The position numbers were made by a program, and so were the translations under genes. Below are positions 24,645 to 34,682 of a stretch of DNA of 64,000 nucleotides, one piece after another; the stretch's first letter is position 1; each line of letters starts with the position of its first letter. The DNA is from Arcobacteraceae bacterium (GTDB taxonomy: Bacteria > Campylobacterota > Campylobacteria > Campylobacterales > Arcobacteraceae): contig CBDCZH010000015.1 of NCBI GenBank assembly GCA_965224485.1, positions 448,001-512,000 on the forward strand, given 5' to 3'. The notes under the pieces were generated by a model. The model was given only the letters and a program-made list of their open reading frames with translations, ran no database searches and was not told where the DNA came from.

Positions 24645-25469
24645 TTGAAAATAATAAAAACCATTAAAGAATTACAAAACATAAGAAAAGATATAACAAA
24701 AACTCTTGGTTTTGTTCCTACAATGGGAGCCTTACATGATGGACATATCTCACTTATAAAAAAAGCAAGAAAAGAGAATGAAGTTATTATAGTTTCTATT
24801 TTTATAAATCCAAAACAATTTTTAGCTAATGAAGATTTATCTAAGTACCCTAAAAAACACGAAGCAGATATAAAGATATGTGAACTTTGCAAGGTTGATT
24901 ATCTTTTTATGCCAGAAATTTCTTCTATGTATGAAAACAGTGATGAAGTTTTAATAAAAGCTCCTAATATAAGTGCTTATGTATTAGAAGGTTTTGTAAG
25001 ACCAGGACATTTTGATGGAGTATTACAAATAGTTTTAAAACTTTTTAATTTAATAAAACCTACTTGCGCATATTTTGGTAAAAAAGATGCCCAGCAGTTA
25101 AGTTTAGTTAAACAAATGACTAAAGATTTATTTTTAGATATACAGATATCTGAGTGTGACATAATAAGAGAAAGTGATGGATTAGCACTTAGTTCTAGAA
25201 ATATATATTTAAGTACAAAACAAAGAGAAGAAGCTTTATTTATTTCAAAATCTTTGCACACAGCAACAACACTTATATTAAAAGGTGAGCTTAACTCAAG
25301 AATAATAAAAGAAGAAATGAGTAGAACTATGTCTTCTTTACATATAGAATATATTGCTATAGTAAATAAAGATTTTGAAGAACTACAAAAAGTAGAAATT
25401 TCAAATACTATTATATTAGTTGCTTGTAAACTTGGAGACACAAGACTTATTGATAACCTCTATATTTAA
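24645..25469 (+). CDS. panC: pantoate--beta-alanine ligase
   Basis: FVPTMGALHDGH, RPGHFDGV, FGKKDAQQ, GLALSSRN, RLIDN. Confidence 0.97.
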   Translation: MKIIKTIKELQNIRKDITKTLGFVPTMGALHDGHISLIKKARKENEVIIVSIFINPKQFLANEDLSKYPKKHEADIKICELCKVDYLFMPEISSMYENSDEVLIKAPNISAYVLEGFVRPGHFDGVLQIVLKLFNLIKPTCAYFGKKDAQQLSLVKQMTKDLFLDIQISECDIIRESDGLALSSRNIYLSTKQREEALFISKSLHTATTLILKGELNSRIIKEEMSRTMSSLHIEYIAIVNKDFEELQKVEISNTIILVACKLGDTRLIDNLYI

Positions 25470-25547
25470 GTAATATTTATGAATTTTTGCATTAAGTTTT
25501 GCATTATGCTAAAATTGCAGAAATTGTATATAAATAATAGGAAATAA

Positions 25548-26882
25548 ATGAAATTTACAACACAAAACCCTAAAAAATCTTTACACTTAGTATCTCTAGG
25601 CTGTACAAAGAATCTAGTAGATTCTGAGATTATGTTAGGTAAGTTAAAAGAGTACAAAATAATTGATGATGCAAGTAGCGCTGATGTTATTATTGTAAAT
25701 ACCTGTGGTTTTATTGATGCTGCTAAAGAAGAGAGTATAAATACAATACTCTCACTACATGAGCAAAGAAAAGAAGAATCAGTTTTAGTAATGGCTGGAT
25801 GTTTATCTGAGAGATATAAAGAGCAGCTTCAAGAAGAGATGCCAGAAATAGATATTTTTACAGGTGTTGGTGATTATGACAAAATTGATATTTTAGTTAA
25901 TGAAAAAAGATCTGCTTTTTCAAGTGAGGTTTTCTTACTTAGTGAAAATAACGATAGAGTAATAACAGGCTCATCGTATCATGCGTATATAAAACTAAGT
26001 GAGGGCTGCAATCAAGTATGTTCATTTTGTGCAATTCCTGCTTTTAAAGGAAAACTTCACTCAAGAACACTAGCATCACTTGTAAAAGAAGTTACAAATC
26101 TAGTTAAAAATGGATACTTCGATTTTTCTTTTGTGTCTCAAGATAGTTCTTCCTTTTTAAGAGATTTAGGAAACAATAAGGGTCTTGAAGATCTAATACA
26201 AGAAGTTGAAAAAATACCTGGGGTTAAAACTGCTAGGATTTTATACCTTTATCCTTCAACAACAACCTTAGCTTTAATTAAAAAGATTCAAGATTCTAAG
26301 GTTTTTCTTAACTATTTTGATATGCCTTTGCAACATATTTCTTCTAAACTTTTAAAAGAAATGAAAAGAGGAAAAGGAGTTGAGAAACTAAAAGAGCTAA
26401 TGTCATGTATGAGAGAAGTTCCTCATTCTTTTGTACGTACAACGTTCATAGTAGGTCATCCAGGCGAAACAAAAGAAGATTTCGATGAATTATGCCAATA
26501 TGTAAAAGATTACTGTTTTGATAGGGCTAATGTATTTTCTTACTCAGATGAAGAAGGTACATCAGCATATGAAAGCAAAAATAAAATTGCTCAAGAAATC
26601 ATAGATGAAAGAGCAGATATTTTAGGTAGAATTATTCAAGAAAATACACTTTTATCTTTAAGAAAAGAAGTGGGTAAAGAGTTTGATGTTTATGTAGATG
26701 GAGAATCGCAAGAACATGAATATCTTTTAAGTGCAAGAAAAACTCTTTGGGCTCCTGAAATTGATGGAGAAATTTATATTAATGATAATGAAAGTAAAAA
26801 TAAACTTCTTTTTGGAAAAAAGTATAGAGTTAGAATTACAGAACTATCAGGAGATAAACTTTTGGCAACTGCCTTAAAATAA
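25548..26882 (+). CDS. rimO: ribosomal protein S12 methylthiotransferase
   Basis: SLGCTKNLVDSE, NTCGFI, CNQVCSFC radical SAM, APEIDG TRAM. Confidence 0.96.
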   Translation: MKFTTQNPKKSLHLVSLGCTKNLVDSEIMLGKLKEYKIIDDASSADVIIVNTCGFIDAAKEESINTILSLHEQRKEESVLVMAGCLSERYKEQLQEEMPEIDIFTGVGDYDKIDILVNEKRSAFSSEVFLLSENNDRVITGSSYHAYIKLSEGCNQVCSFCAIPAFKGKLHSRTLASLVKEVTNLVKNGYFDFSFVSQDSSSFLRDLGNNKGLEDLIQEVEKIPGVKTARILYLYPSTTTLALIKKIQDSKVFLNYFDMPLQHISSKLLKEMKRGKGVEKLKELMSCMREVPHSFVRTTFIVGHPGETKEDFDELCQYVKDYCFDRANVFSYSDEEGTSAYESKNKIAQEIIDERADILGRIIQENTLLSLRKEVGKEFDVYVDGESQEHEYLLSARKTLWAPEIDGEIYINDNESKNKLLFGKKYRVRITELSGDKLLATALK

Positions 26883-26895
26883 AAGATCAAATAAA

Positions 26896-27882
26896 ATGAT
26901 TAAAATAGATATTAATACCAGTAAAAATCTTTTAGCTTTTTCAGCTGGTATTGATTCAAGTGCCTTATTTTTCTTACTTTTAGAAAATGGAATTCCTTTT
27001 GATATAGCAATTGTTAATTATAATCAAAGAGCACAAGCTTTACAAGAAGTTCAATATGCAAAAGATTTAGCAAAAAAATATAATAAAAAATGTTTTATAA
27101 AAGAAGTGAATTTAAATACCAAGTCAAATTTTGAGAAAAAAGCTAGAGATATTAGGTATGACTTTTTTGAAAAAATCATTAAAGAGAACTCTTATAAAAG
27201 CTTAATTACAGCTCATCAACTAAATGACTCTTTAGAGTGGTTCTTAATGCAACTATTTAAAGGAGCTGGTTTAGTTGAACTTCTTGGTTTAAAAGAACGT
27301 GAAGAAAAAGATGATTATTATTTACTTAGACCCTTATTGCAATATGACAAAGAAGAATTGCTAAACTATTTAAAAAAGAATAAACATAAGTATTTTATTG
27401 ATGAAAGTAATAGCGACTTTAAATATACAAGAAATAAAATTAGATCACAATTTTCAAATGAATTTATTTCTTTATATAAAGAAGGAATTAAAAAATCTTT
27501 TACTTATATGAAAGAAGATTTAAACTCTTTAAATATTAATATAAAAGAAGTTTATAAAGAAAAGAAACTTAAAATTTTTGAAAAACATGAAGATGATAAT
27601 ATTAATATTAGAATAATTGATAAAGTTTTAAAAACATATGGAGTTCTAATTTCAGCTAAAACTAGAGCTTTGATTTTAAAAGATCAGCACCTAGTAGTTT
27701 CTCATAAATTATGTATTAATATTAAAAATGATTATATATGGATTTGCCCTTATATAGAAGAAACTATGGATAAGAATTTTAAAGAAAAGTGTAGAATCAA
27801 TAAAATACCAAAAAATATTCGTCCTTATCTTTATAGCTTAAAAAAAGATGAGATATTTTTAAATAATTTAAAAAAGTATTAG
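26896..27882 (+). CDS. tilS: tRNA(Ile)-lysidine synthetase
   Basis: AFSAGIDS PP-loop, ARDIRY, TAHQLND, DESN, RNKIR. Confidence 0.94.
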   Translation: MIKIDINTSKNLLAFSAGIDSSALFFLLLENGIPFDIAIVNYNQRAQALQEVQYAKDLAKKYNKKCFIKEVNLNTKSNFEKKARDIRYDFFEKIIKENSYKSLITAHQLNDSLEWFLMQLFKGAGLVELLGLKEREEKDDYYLLRPLLQYDKEELLNYLKKNKHKYFIDESNSDFKYTRNKIRSQFSNEFISLYKEGIKKSFTYMKEDLNSLNINIKEVYKEKKLKIFEKHEDDNINIRIIDKVLKTYGVLISAKTRALILKDQHLVVSHKLCINIKNDYIWICPYIEETMDKNFKEKCRINKIPKNIRPYLYSLKKDEIFLNNLKKY

Positions 27883-28145
27883 TGTTTTAAATACTTTTTC
27901 ATTTTTGTAATTTCTGATAAGTCTTCTCTTGTTTTATCTTTATAATCTTTTAAAAAAAGTATATTTGAGAAAAAAAGCTCAGATAGTTTTTTTAAATCAC
28001 TTAATTCTAAATCAAAATCACTTATGTCAGAAGTAAGGTAAGTTCTAGCCCAAAACACTAAGTCATTAGCTCTTTGCTCATCATCTAATGAATTTATATA
28101 AATTAAAGAATTTAATGCTTCTAAAGACCTGTTTCTTCTTTCCAT
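27879..28145 (-). CDS. small helical protein after fliS, possible FliT-like chaperone
   Basis: 88 aa, overlaps fliS end; position only. Confidence 0.5.
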   Translation of the reverse strand: MERRNRSLEALNSLIYINSLDDEQRANDLVFWARTYLTSDISDFDLELSDLKKLSELFFSNILFLKDYKDKTREDLSEITKMKKYLKH

Positions 28146-28477
28146 GCTTCAATTAAACCTTGTGTTACTTTCATTACTTGATTAACTGAATTAATATTAT
28201 CATCAATTCCAGCCGCAAACAGTGTCTCAATTTGATAAAGATAAAGCCCATCTAAATAATGAGAAACTTCTCCACCTTCAAAATCAAGAACATTTCTAAG
28301 CTCATCAAAAATTGCAATAGATCTATTTATGTACGTAAATTTAGATTCTATATTATTTGTTTCCATAGAAACTTTTACAAAAGATAGATATTTTAATAAA
28401 CCTTCGTAAAGTTTTAAAATCAGTACATAAGGGTCATCTGATATCGCACTTTGCTGATTATAAATTTCTATACCCAT
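28121..28477 (-). CDS. fliS: flagellin export chaperone
   Basis: DPYVLILKLYEG, IFDELRNVLDFEGGEVSHYLDGLY, LIEAWK. Confidence 0.93.
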   Translation of the reverse strand: MGIEIYNQQSAISDDPYVLILKLYEGLLKYLSFVKVSMETNNIESKFTYINRSIAIFDELRNVLDFEGGEVSHYLDGLYLYQIETLFAAGIDDNINSVNQVMKVTQGLIEAWKEETGL

Positions 28478-28552
28478 TTAGCTAAGCTCCTGCTTGTAGT
28501 TCTTTTTAGGAAATTAGTATAATATAAACAAACTTAAAAAGACTTATTAAAC

Positions 28553-29902
28553 TTATGCTGTTGATTGATCTATCATAAGTTTTAAACCAGAAAAAGAAGA
28601 TTCAAATTGATTAATTATATTTCCATATGCCGCGAATTGAGCAGATAGTGCAACATACTTACTATCTAAACTCTCAATTGCTCTCTCTTTTTGTTTTTCC
28701 AAGGCTTCTTTTTTAGAAGTAAGGCTATTATCATAATTACTTAAAAGACCTTCAAAACCATCTAAACTATCAACAAACTCTTTTAATTGTGTTCCTAAAC
28801 CTTTATTTTCTGCAACACCAATAAAAAGATCTTTTAAAGCACCGGGATCTCTTTCTAATGCTTCTTTAAAATCTTTTGAATTAAGAGTTAATTGTCCATT
28901 TTTACTTAATTCAAAACCTACCACAAAAAGATTTTCTTTTCCATCTTTACCATATGAACCAAAAAGTTTATCTTTAATTCCAGTCATCATAGAACGTAAA
29001 GTTGATTTATTATCAATCTTACTATCAGGAGAATATAATTCATTATCTACTAGATCATTTAATTCATTATATTTATCTACAAATTCTTGTAATTTAGTCT
29101 CAATATTTGTATTATCTTTTTCTACTGTGATTGTAGAAGTCCCTAGTTTAACAGCAGTAATTTTTAAACCACCATCAACTATAAAAGCATTTGAAGAAAC
29201 ACTATAATCTACTCCATCAATAACTGCTGTTAAATTTCCAGCTGTTAATGTATGATTACCTGCTGTTTCTAAACCTAAATCAACACCAGTTTGAGAAATA
29301 CTTAGAGCATTTGAAGTACCTGATTCAGCACTTTTTATAACAATTCTATATTCACTTGGATTTATTTGTTCAATAGTAGCATTAAAGTCTGGATTTTTAT
29401 TAATTTCTTTAACTAAGGCTTCATATGTTTTACCATTAGTTTTAAATTCACTTGTTTTAGCATCAGGACCAACTCCATGAGTAATAGTGATTTTATCCCC
29501 TGCATTACTTGAAACAGTAGCATTTTTATCAGTAAATTCAGTACTTTGATAAACATCTCTTTGAGCTAAAGAAGTAATATTTACATTAGTAGTTCCTAAA
29601 TTTAAAGCACCTACATCAACAGCATCAAAAATAACTGATTCTCCCGTTGTTTTAGCTGATTTCTCATCAAAGATATTAGTTCCACTTGTAACAAAAAGGT
29701 CAAAAGGTTTTATAGCTTCTAAAAGTTCTTTTGCTTTATCTGTTATTTCAGTTACTTTTTCTTTCTCTGTTTCCCAATCTTTCAACTTAGTTTCAAGTGG
29801 TTCTACAGACGATTTTCTCTCTGCTGTTTTTAATTTATCAATTAATTCATTATTTAGTGATGCCGCTTGCCCTGCACCTAATCCTAATACACCTTCAGCC
29901 AT
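28553..29902 (-). CDS. fliD: flagellar filament cap protein
   Basis: LIDKLKTAER, ITSLAQ, FVDKYNEL, C-terminal LSAQFAAY; upstream of fliS. Confidence 0.92.
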   Translation of the reverse strand: MAEGVLGLGAGQAASLNNELIDKLKTAERKSSVEPLETKLKDWETEKEKVTEITDKAKELLEAIKPFDLFVTSGTNIFDEKSAKTTGESVIFDAVDVGALNLGTTNVNITSLAQRDVYQSTEFTDKNATVSSNAGDKITITHGVGPDAKTSEFKTNGKTYEALVKEINKNPDFNATIEQINPSEYRIVIKSAESGTSNALSISQTGVDLGLETAGNHTLTAGNLTAVIDGVDYSVSSNAFIVDGGLKITAVKLGTSTITVEKDNTNIETKLQEFVDKYNELNDLVDNELYSPDSKIDNKSTLRSMMTGIKDKLFGSYGKDGKENLFVVGFELSKNGQLTLNSKDFKEALERDPGALKDLFIGVAENKGLGTQLKEFVDSLDGFEGLLSNYDNSLTSKKEALEKQKERAIESLDSKYVALSAQFAAYGNIINQFESSFSGLKLMIDQSTA

Positions 29903-29915
29903 AATTTACTCCTTT

Positions 29916-31772
29916 TTATCTTTTTAATCCAAGTAAAGTGTTAAGCATTTCATCAACTACAGTAATTATTTTTGCACTTGATCTATATGCTGCTTGAAAC
30001 TTCATCAAATCTAACATCTCTTCATCATTATCAACATTAACTATTCTTTCATATGTTTTCGTAATAGATTGTTTAACTGTTTTTTGTGTTTGTAATAAAA
30101 AGTCATTATTTTCTTTATCAGAAGAGATACCAATAGTTAATTCTTGATAAAACTCAGTAAAAGAACTTGCATCTTTACTACTTCCATCTTGCGGAAGACC
30201 ATCAAATCCAATATCTTTTTTCCACTGCATTGTTGAGAGATAATCTAAATCAACCTGTGATAAATCATTTACAGCTAAGGTATTAAACTTAAGTGTTTTA
30301 ACACTAGAACCAGAAAATAAGCCAATATCTCTTACATCAGCAGCTGTTGTTCCTCTATTATCAGCAGCTGTTTCACCATAAATATAATCATTTGCACCAA
30401 CTCTTACAAATTTATCAGTCATATCACTTAGAGTTTTTGCAAAGTTATCTAACTTATCTTTATATTCTTGGAACTTATTTTTTCCAGATTCTGTATTTAA
30501 GTTATCGATTTTTGCTTTTAAGGATCCACTATTTGGTAAAACTTTTTCATCAAAAATAGCAATTCCAAAAAATGAACTAGAGTCCCTGCTTTGATAATCA
30601 TCTTTAAACACAACTTTTCTATTTGTTATAGTAGTAGGGTCATTTGCAACAGTTTGCTCTGTTATTGCAATTCTTCCAACAAAATCACCAGAAGCTCCAG
30701 CTACTTTAGCCTCAAGCAATAAAAAATTATCACTTGCATCAATAGTAACTTTTTTTCCATTTGCATCTAAAGCATAATTACCATTATATGCTTTTACCAT
30801 TTGAGACATGTCTGAATCAGTATTAATTTTATGAGCTAGTGCTCTTACATAATTACTCGCATCAACCACTTGAGTTGTAACAGCTCCATCTCCATTTAAA
30901 TCAAAACTCATGCTCTCACCAAATTGCACTGATACTTCATGAGTATTATCTAATTTATAAGTGATTTTATCTTGATTGTCAAAAGTAATACCATTCAATA
31001 TATTAGAGCTACCATCATTTTTCACGTATCTATCTTGCTGTGGTGTATATTCTTCATACGTTGTAACATCTCTAATGTTTCTGCTAAATCGTAAAGCAAT
31101 TTCTCCAGCAATATCAAGTCTGTATTCTGGCCTTCTTGTAATTTCAACATCAATGAGATCAGATAACTGTAGCTCTAATAAATCTCTTTTATCTAATAAA
31201 TCATTAGTAGGAGTGCTTTGTTGACCCATTAAAGCATTAAGTTCACCAATATCTTTTAATATACTATTGATTTTTTTTACATCAGCACCAATAGTAGTTT
31301 TAACATATGTTTCTTGTGTTTCAATACCTTCATAAAGTCTTTGTAAAGAATCAACTACAATTGTAGCTTGTGTTCTTAAGTCAGTTTTATAAATTTCTGA
31401 ATGAGGATTTGATCGTAAATTTTCAACTGCTTGAAAGTATCTATCAAAATCAGAAGAGAAACCACTTTTTTCATACTCTTTAAAAATAGTTTCTACACTT
31501 CCTAACATTTCTGAAACATTTTTATAATAACTCTCTTTAGAGTTTTCTCTCACTAAGTTATTGTAGAGATATTCAGATGTAACTCTAGCTGCTCCATTAG
31601 AAGAAACACCACGTCCACTTATAAAAGAGTTTACATGTCCAAGCTCAGATAACTCAACTCTTCTTTTTTTATAACCTTCTGTATGTTGGTTTGCTATGTT
31701 ATTTGATACGTTTTCAACAGCCTGTCTTGATACATATAGCCCTGTTTGTGCTATATTTAGTGAATTTAACAT
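29916..31772 (-). CDS. flgK: hook-associated protein 1
   Basis: SNNIANQHTEGY, NDLLDKRD, VDNDEEMLDLMKFQAAY. Confidence 0.93.
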   Translation of the reverse strand: MLNSLNIAQTGLYVSRQAVENVSNNIANQHTEGYKKRRVELSELGHVNSFISGRGVSSNGAARVTSEYLYNNLVRENSKESYYKNVSEMLGSVETIFKEYEKSGFSSDFDRYFQAVENLRSNPHSEIYKTDLRTQATIVVDSLQRLYEGIETQETYVKTTIGADVKKINSILKDIGELNALMGQQSTPTNDLLDKRDLLELQLSDLIDVEITRRPEYRLDIAGEIALRFSRNIRDVTTYEEYTPQQDRYVKNDGSSNILNGITFDNQDKITYKLDNTHEVSVQFGESMSFDLNGDGAVTTQVVDASNYVRALAHKINTDSDMSQMVKAYNGNYALDANGKKVTIDASDNFLLLEAKVAGASGDFVGRIAITEQTVANDPTTITNRKVVFKDDYQSRDSSSFFGIAIFDEKVLPNSGSLKAKIDNLNTESGKNKFQEYKDKLDNFAKTLSDMTDKFVRVGANDYIYGETAADNRGTTAADVRDIGLFSGSSVKTLKFNTLAVNDLSQVDLDYLSTMQWKKDIGFDGLPQDGSSKDASSFTEFYQELTIGISSDKENNDFLLQTQKTVKQSITKTYERIVNVDNDEEMLDLMKFQAAYRSSAKIITVVDEMLNTLLGLKR

Positions 31773-31831
31773 GCAATACCCCTTTACAAAATAATTTATC
31801 TAATTATTGCATTACATTTCTTAAACCTAGA

Positions 31832-32539
31832 TTAAAAAGGCCAAAGGGTCTTTAAAATCTTGGTTCCCCAAGGTTCATGAAGAGCGTCTTGTTCTTCTCC
31901 ATCTTTCATATATTTTATTTTTAGATTTGCTATTTGTGAAGATAAAATTGAATTTTCAGATGAAATATCATAAGGTCTTATTACTCCTGATATTATAATC
32001 TCCTGCTTTTGCTTATCAATTAAAATCTCTTTTATACCTTTTATAAAATAATTACCATTTTGATATGTTTCTTCAATTATTACAGATATTGTTGTTTGAA
32101 AAGACTCATCAACTTGTGTTTTTACATTTCCTTTAAAAGAACTGCTACTTCCTGTTTTAATACTAGCACCAAATAAAGGATTAACTCTATTTGCAATTCT
32201 TTTTGTAACACCACCTAAAACATTACCATCCATTGGAGTTATCATTCCTCCACCTAAATTAGCATCATTTGCATTAGATGTTTCCCTTTTATTATTAGAA
32301 TCAGAAGATAAAGACTCACTAATAATAACTTGAATAATATCTCCAATTTGCAAATCTTTTTTATCTGCAAATAAAGAAGCACCTTTTCGTGAATACAAAG
32401 AGCCTTTATTATTCATAACAACTGGTTCAGGTCTTGGAATCTGCATTTTTGGTTTTTCAAAAGAAATTTTTGGCTCTTTAGTACAAGAGGCAAAAAACAA
32501 AGATACTAGGATTAAAAAAACAAAATTTTTATTTATCAT
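31832..32539 (-). CDS. flgH: flagellar L-ring lipoprotein
   Basis: Lipobox FFASC; LFADKK...GDII, ISGVIRPYDI, SSQIAN, LWPF. Confidence 0.94.
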   Translation of the reverse strand: MINKNFVFLILVSLFFASCTKEPKISFEKPKMQIPRPEPVVMNNKGSLYSRKGASLFADKKDLQIGDIIQVIISESLSSDSNNKRETSNANDANLGGGMITPMDGNVLGGVTKRIANRVNPLFGASIKTGSSSSFKGNVKTQVDESFQTTISVIIEETYQNGNYFIKGIKEILIDKQKQEIIISGVIRPYDISSENSILSSQIANLKIKYMKDGEEQDALHEPWGTKILKTLWPF

Positions 32540-32957
32540 TATATTTATTCTCAACTATATATTTTAAATCAATAGCAATTTTTATATTTTTTAAAGATGT
32601 TTTAACTAAAGCCATTGTTCCATATCTTACCATTAAAGGCTCAATATTTGTATTTATATCACAAGTTAATAAAACTTTTTTACCAATTACTTTAATATTA
32701 TGAATATATTCCTGCCCTAATAAATCAACCGCAGTTTCAATTTCTTTATAAATAAACTTCTCTATTTTTCTAGATTTTTCTTTTTTTACTTTTAAAGCTT
32801 CAATCTTTTTACTCTGGGCAATTCGCTTATTCTCTTCTTTTGTATACTCTTCACTCATATGAAAATAATATGCTGTAAACATAGCTAGTAAAGCCAAAAA
32901 GGAAAGTATTTTAATTACTTTCCTTTTAGTATCATTTCTTTTTACAGCAATTATCAT
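32529..32957 (-). CDS. single-TM hypothetical protein in flagellar operon
   Basis: N-terminal TM, coiled coil, small C-terminal domain; between fliL and flgH. Confidence 0.7.
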   Translation of the reverse strand: MIIAVKRNDTKRKVIKILSFLALLAMFTAYYFHMSEEYTKEENKRIAQSKKIEALKVKKEKSRKIEKFIYKEIETAVDLLGQEYIHNIKVIGKKVLLTCDINTNIEPLMVRYGTMALVKTSLKNIKIAIDLKYIVENKYNDK

Positions 32958-32961
32958 ATTT

Positions 32962-33498
32962 CTACTTAATTACAAAAGATGTAAAAAATAATTTTTTAAT
33001 ATTATCTTTTTTAATATCTTCATTGCTTTGTGTAGCTTCATTAATAACTGAATTTATTTCATTTAATAATTCTTCTTTTAATAAAGCTTTTCCACCAACA
33101 GTTAATAACTCTTCTGAAGATCTTGCTGATATTTGTCCAATTACTACATCAATTATTTCAGCCTTATTCTCTTCAATTATTCCTTCAATCATCTCTTCTG
33201 TACTTTTAATAGTAAAAGATAACTTCATTAATTTTTCTCTACCCTTAGAATTAGTAATATTTAAAACTAAATCTTTTATCTCAGCTGGGTAAAGTACTTT
33301 TGAATCACCAGCACTTTGTTTTTCTACTTGCTTAGAGCTTTGTGATTCATTTTGACCACCACTTAAAACACCAGAAGTAACTAAATAGTATCCACCACCA
33401 ATAACAGCAACTAACAATATTACAACTAAAGCAATTAGAATAACCATTAGCCCCTTACCACCACCTGCTGGTTGTGTCGCTACACTTTCATCTGCCAT
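32962..33498 (-). CDS. fliL: flagellar basal-body protein FliL
   Basis: N-terminal TM, LVLNI, ELLTVGGKALLKEEL, LFFTSFVI. Confidence 0.9.
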   Translation of the reverse strand: MADESVATQPAGGGKGLMVILIALVVILLVAVIGGGYYLVTSGVLSGGQNESQSSKQVEKQSAGDSKVLYPAEIKDLVLNITNSKGREKLMKLSFTIKSTEEMIEGIIEENKAEIIDVVIGQISARSSEELLTVGGKALLKEELLNEINSVINEATQSNEDIKKDNIKKLFFTSFVIK

Positions 33499-34005
33499 CT
33501 ATTTTTCCTTTAGTTCATTATTAATTTTAAAATTTTCCAACATCATTGTTAATTCAGAAGCATATCTTACATTTATAAATTTAAGTAAAGATGTAACATT
33601 CTTCTCTTTAAGTTTTAAGATTATATCAAAAACATCTTCAATCTTTCCCTCATCAATCATTTTATTAAAAATACTTGCTGCAATTTTTGCTTTCATAGAA
33701 TTATAAATTTTTGTAGTTTTACCTTGAACTGCACCTGTAATATCTTTTAAAACTGCTAGATTTTTATCATAAATCATCTTAGATTCTTTATTCTTTTTCT
33801 CTATTTTTAAAAGGATTACATTTAATTCTGCTTGTCTTTTTTGATACTCTTTTTCTTTTTTATTATAGAAGTTATTTAATTCCTTCTTTAACTCTTTTAT
33901 CTCTTTTTTCTCTTTAATAAACGATACGGCATCTACTTTCTCATCTTGTGCATACAATGGAACAAGTAATAAAATAAATAAAAAGCTTAAAAATATTTTC
34001 TTCAA
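33499..34005 (-). CDS. periplasmic MotE/FlbB-like (MgtE-N-like) flagellar protein
   Basis: Signal peptide, coiled coil, KIYNSMKAKIAASIF motif. Confidence 0.6.
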   Translation of the reverse strand: MKKIFLSFLFILLLVPLYAQDEKVDAVSFIKEKKEIKELKKELNNFYNKKEKEYQKRQAELNVILLKIEKKNKESKMIYDKNLAVLKDITGAVQGKTTKIYNSMKAKIAASIFNKMIDEGKIEDVFDIILKLKEKNVTSLLKFINVRYASELTMMLENFKINNELKEK

Positions 34006-34014
34006 TTTTTTCCT

Positions 34015-34419
34015 TTAACCTCTAATATATTTACTTTGCATATATTCACTTGAAGCTTCTTCTTCTGCTAAAAGCACTTTTTTCATTTTTTCTTTTTTCT
34101 CTTCTTCTAAGATATATGAAAACTGCTCACTCTCTTTTTGCAATTCAATTACTTTTTTTTGTAAATCTTCTCTTTGATATTCAAGATTAAATCTTTTTTG
34201 ATTCAAGTCTTTAATATATAATTTCATTGTATTCTTGTGAATTGTTAAAATAGCAAAATCTGATATTGCGCCGTGTTTATTTACACTTGCTATATTAATT
34301 TTATTTTGAGTAAACATAATTTCAGTATCTATTGAAGCTATTTTAGATTCTATATTAGCTTTTTGCATTAAAACTTGATCTGTTTGACTTTTTTTTAATT
34401 TATATAATTTTTCAATCAT
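34015..34419 (-). CDS. fliJ: FliJ-like flagellar export protein
   Basis: 134-aa long coiled coil between fliQ and MotE-like gene. Confidence 0.6.
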   Translation of the reverse strand: MIEKLYKLKKSQTDQVLMQKANIESKIASIDTEIMFTQNKINIASVNKHGAISDFAILTIHKNTMKLYIKDLNQKRFNLEYQREDLQKKVIELQKESEQFSYILEEEKKEKMKKVLLAEEEASSEYMQSKYIRG

Positions 34420-34680
34420 TTATTTTCCAAAAGTTAACATAATATCCCATAATTCATGAGTATAAGATGTTACATGATCACCCATCCAAGGAAGAGAAAT
34501 AAGAATAAATACAGATACTAATACTACTTTTGGTACAAAAGATAAAGAAGCGTCAGAAACTTGTGTTACTGCTTGGAAAATAGAAATCATAAGACCTATT
34601 ACCATACTTACAAGTAAAGAGGGTAAGCCAAGTAATAAAATTAGTTTTACTGTATTTTGAGCAATTGCTAATAAATCCAT
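34420..34680 (-). CDS. fliQ: flagellar export gate protein
   Basis: ISIFQAVTQVSDASLSFVPK, PWM. Confidence 0.96.
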   Translation of the reverse strand: MDLLAIAQNTVKLILLLGLPSLLVSMVIGLMISIFQAVTQVSDASLSFVPKVVLVSVFILISLPWMGDHVTSYTHELWDIMLTFGK

Positions 34681-34682
34681 AA

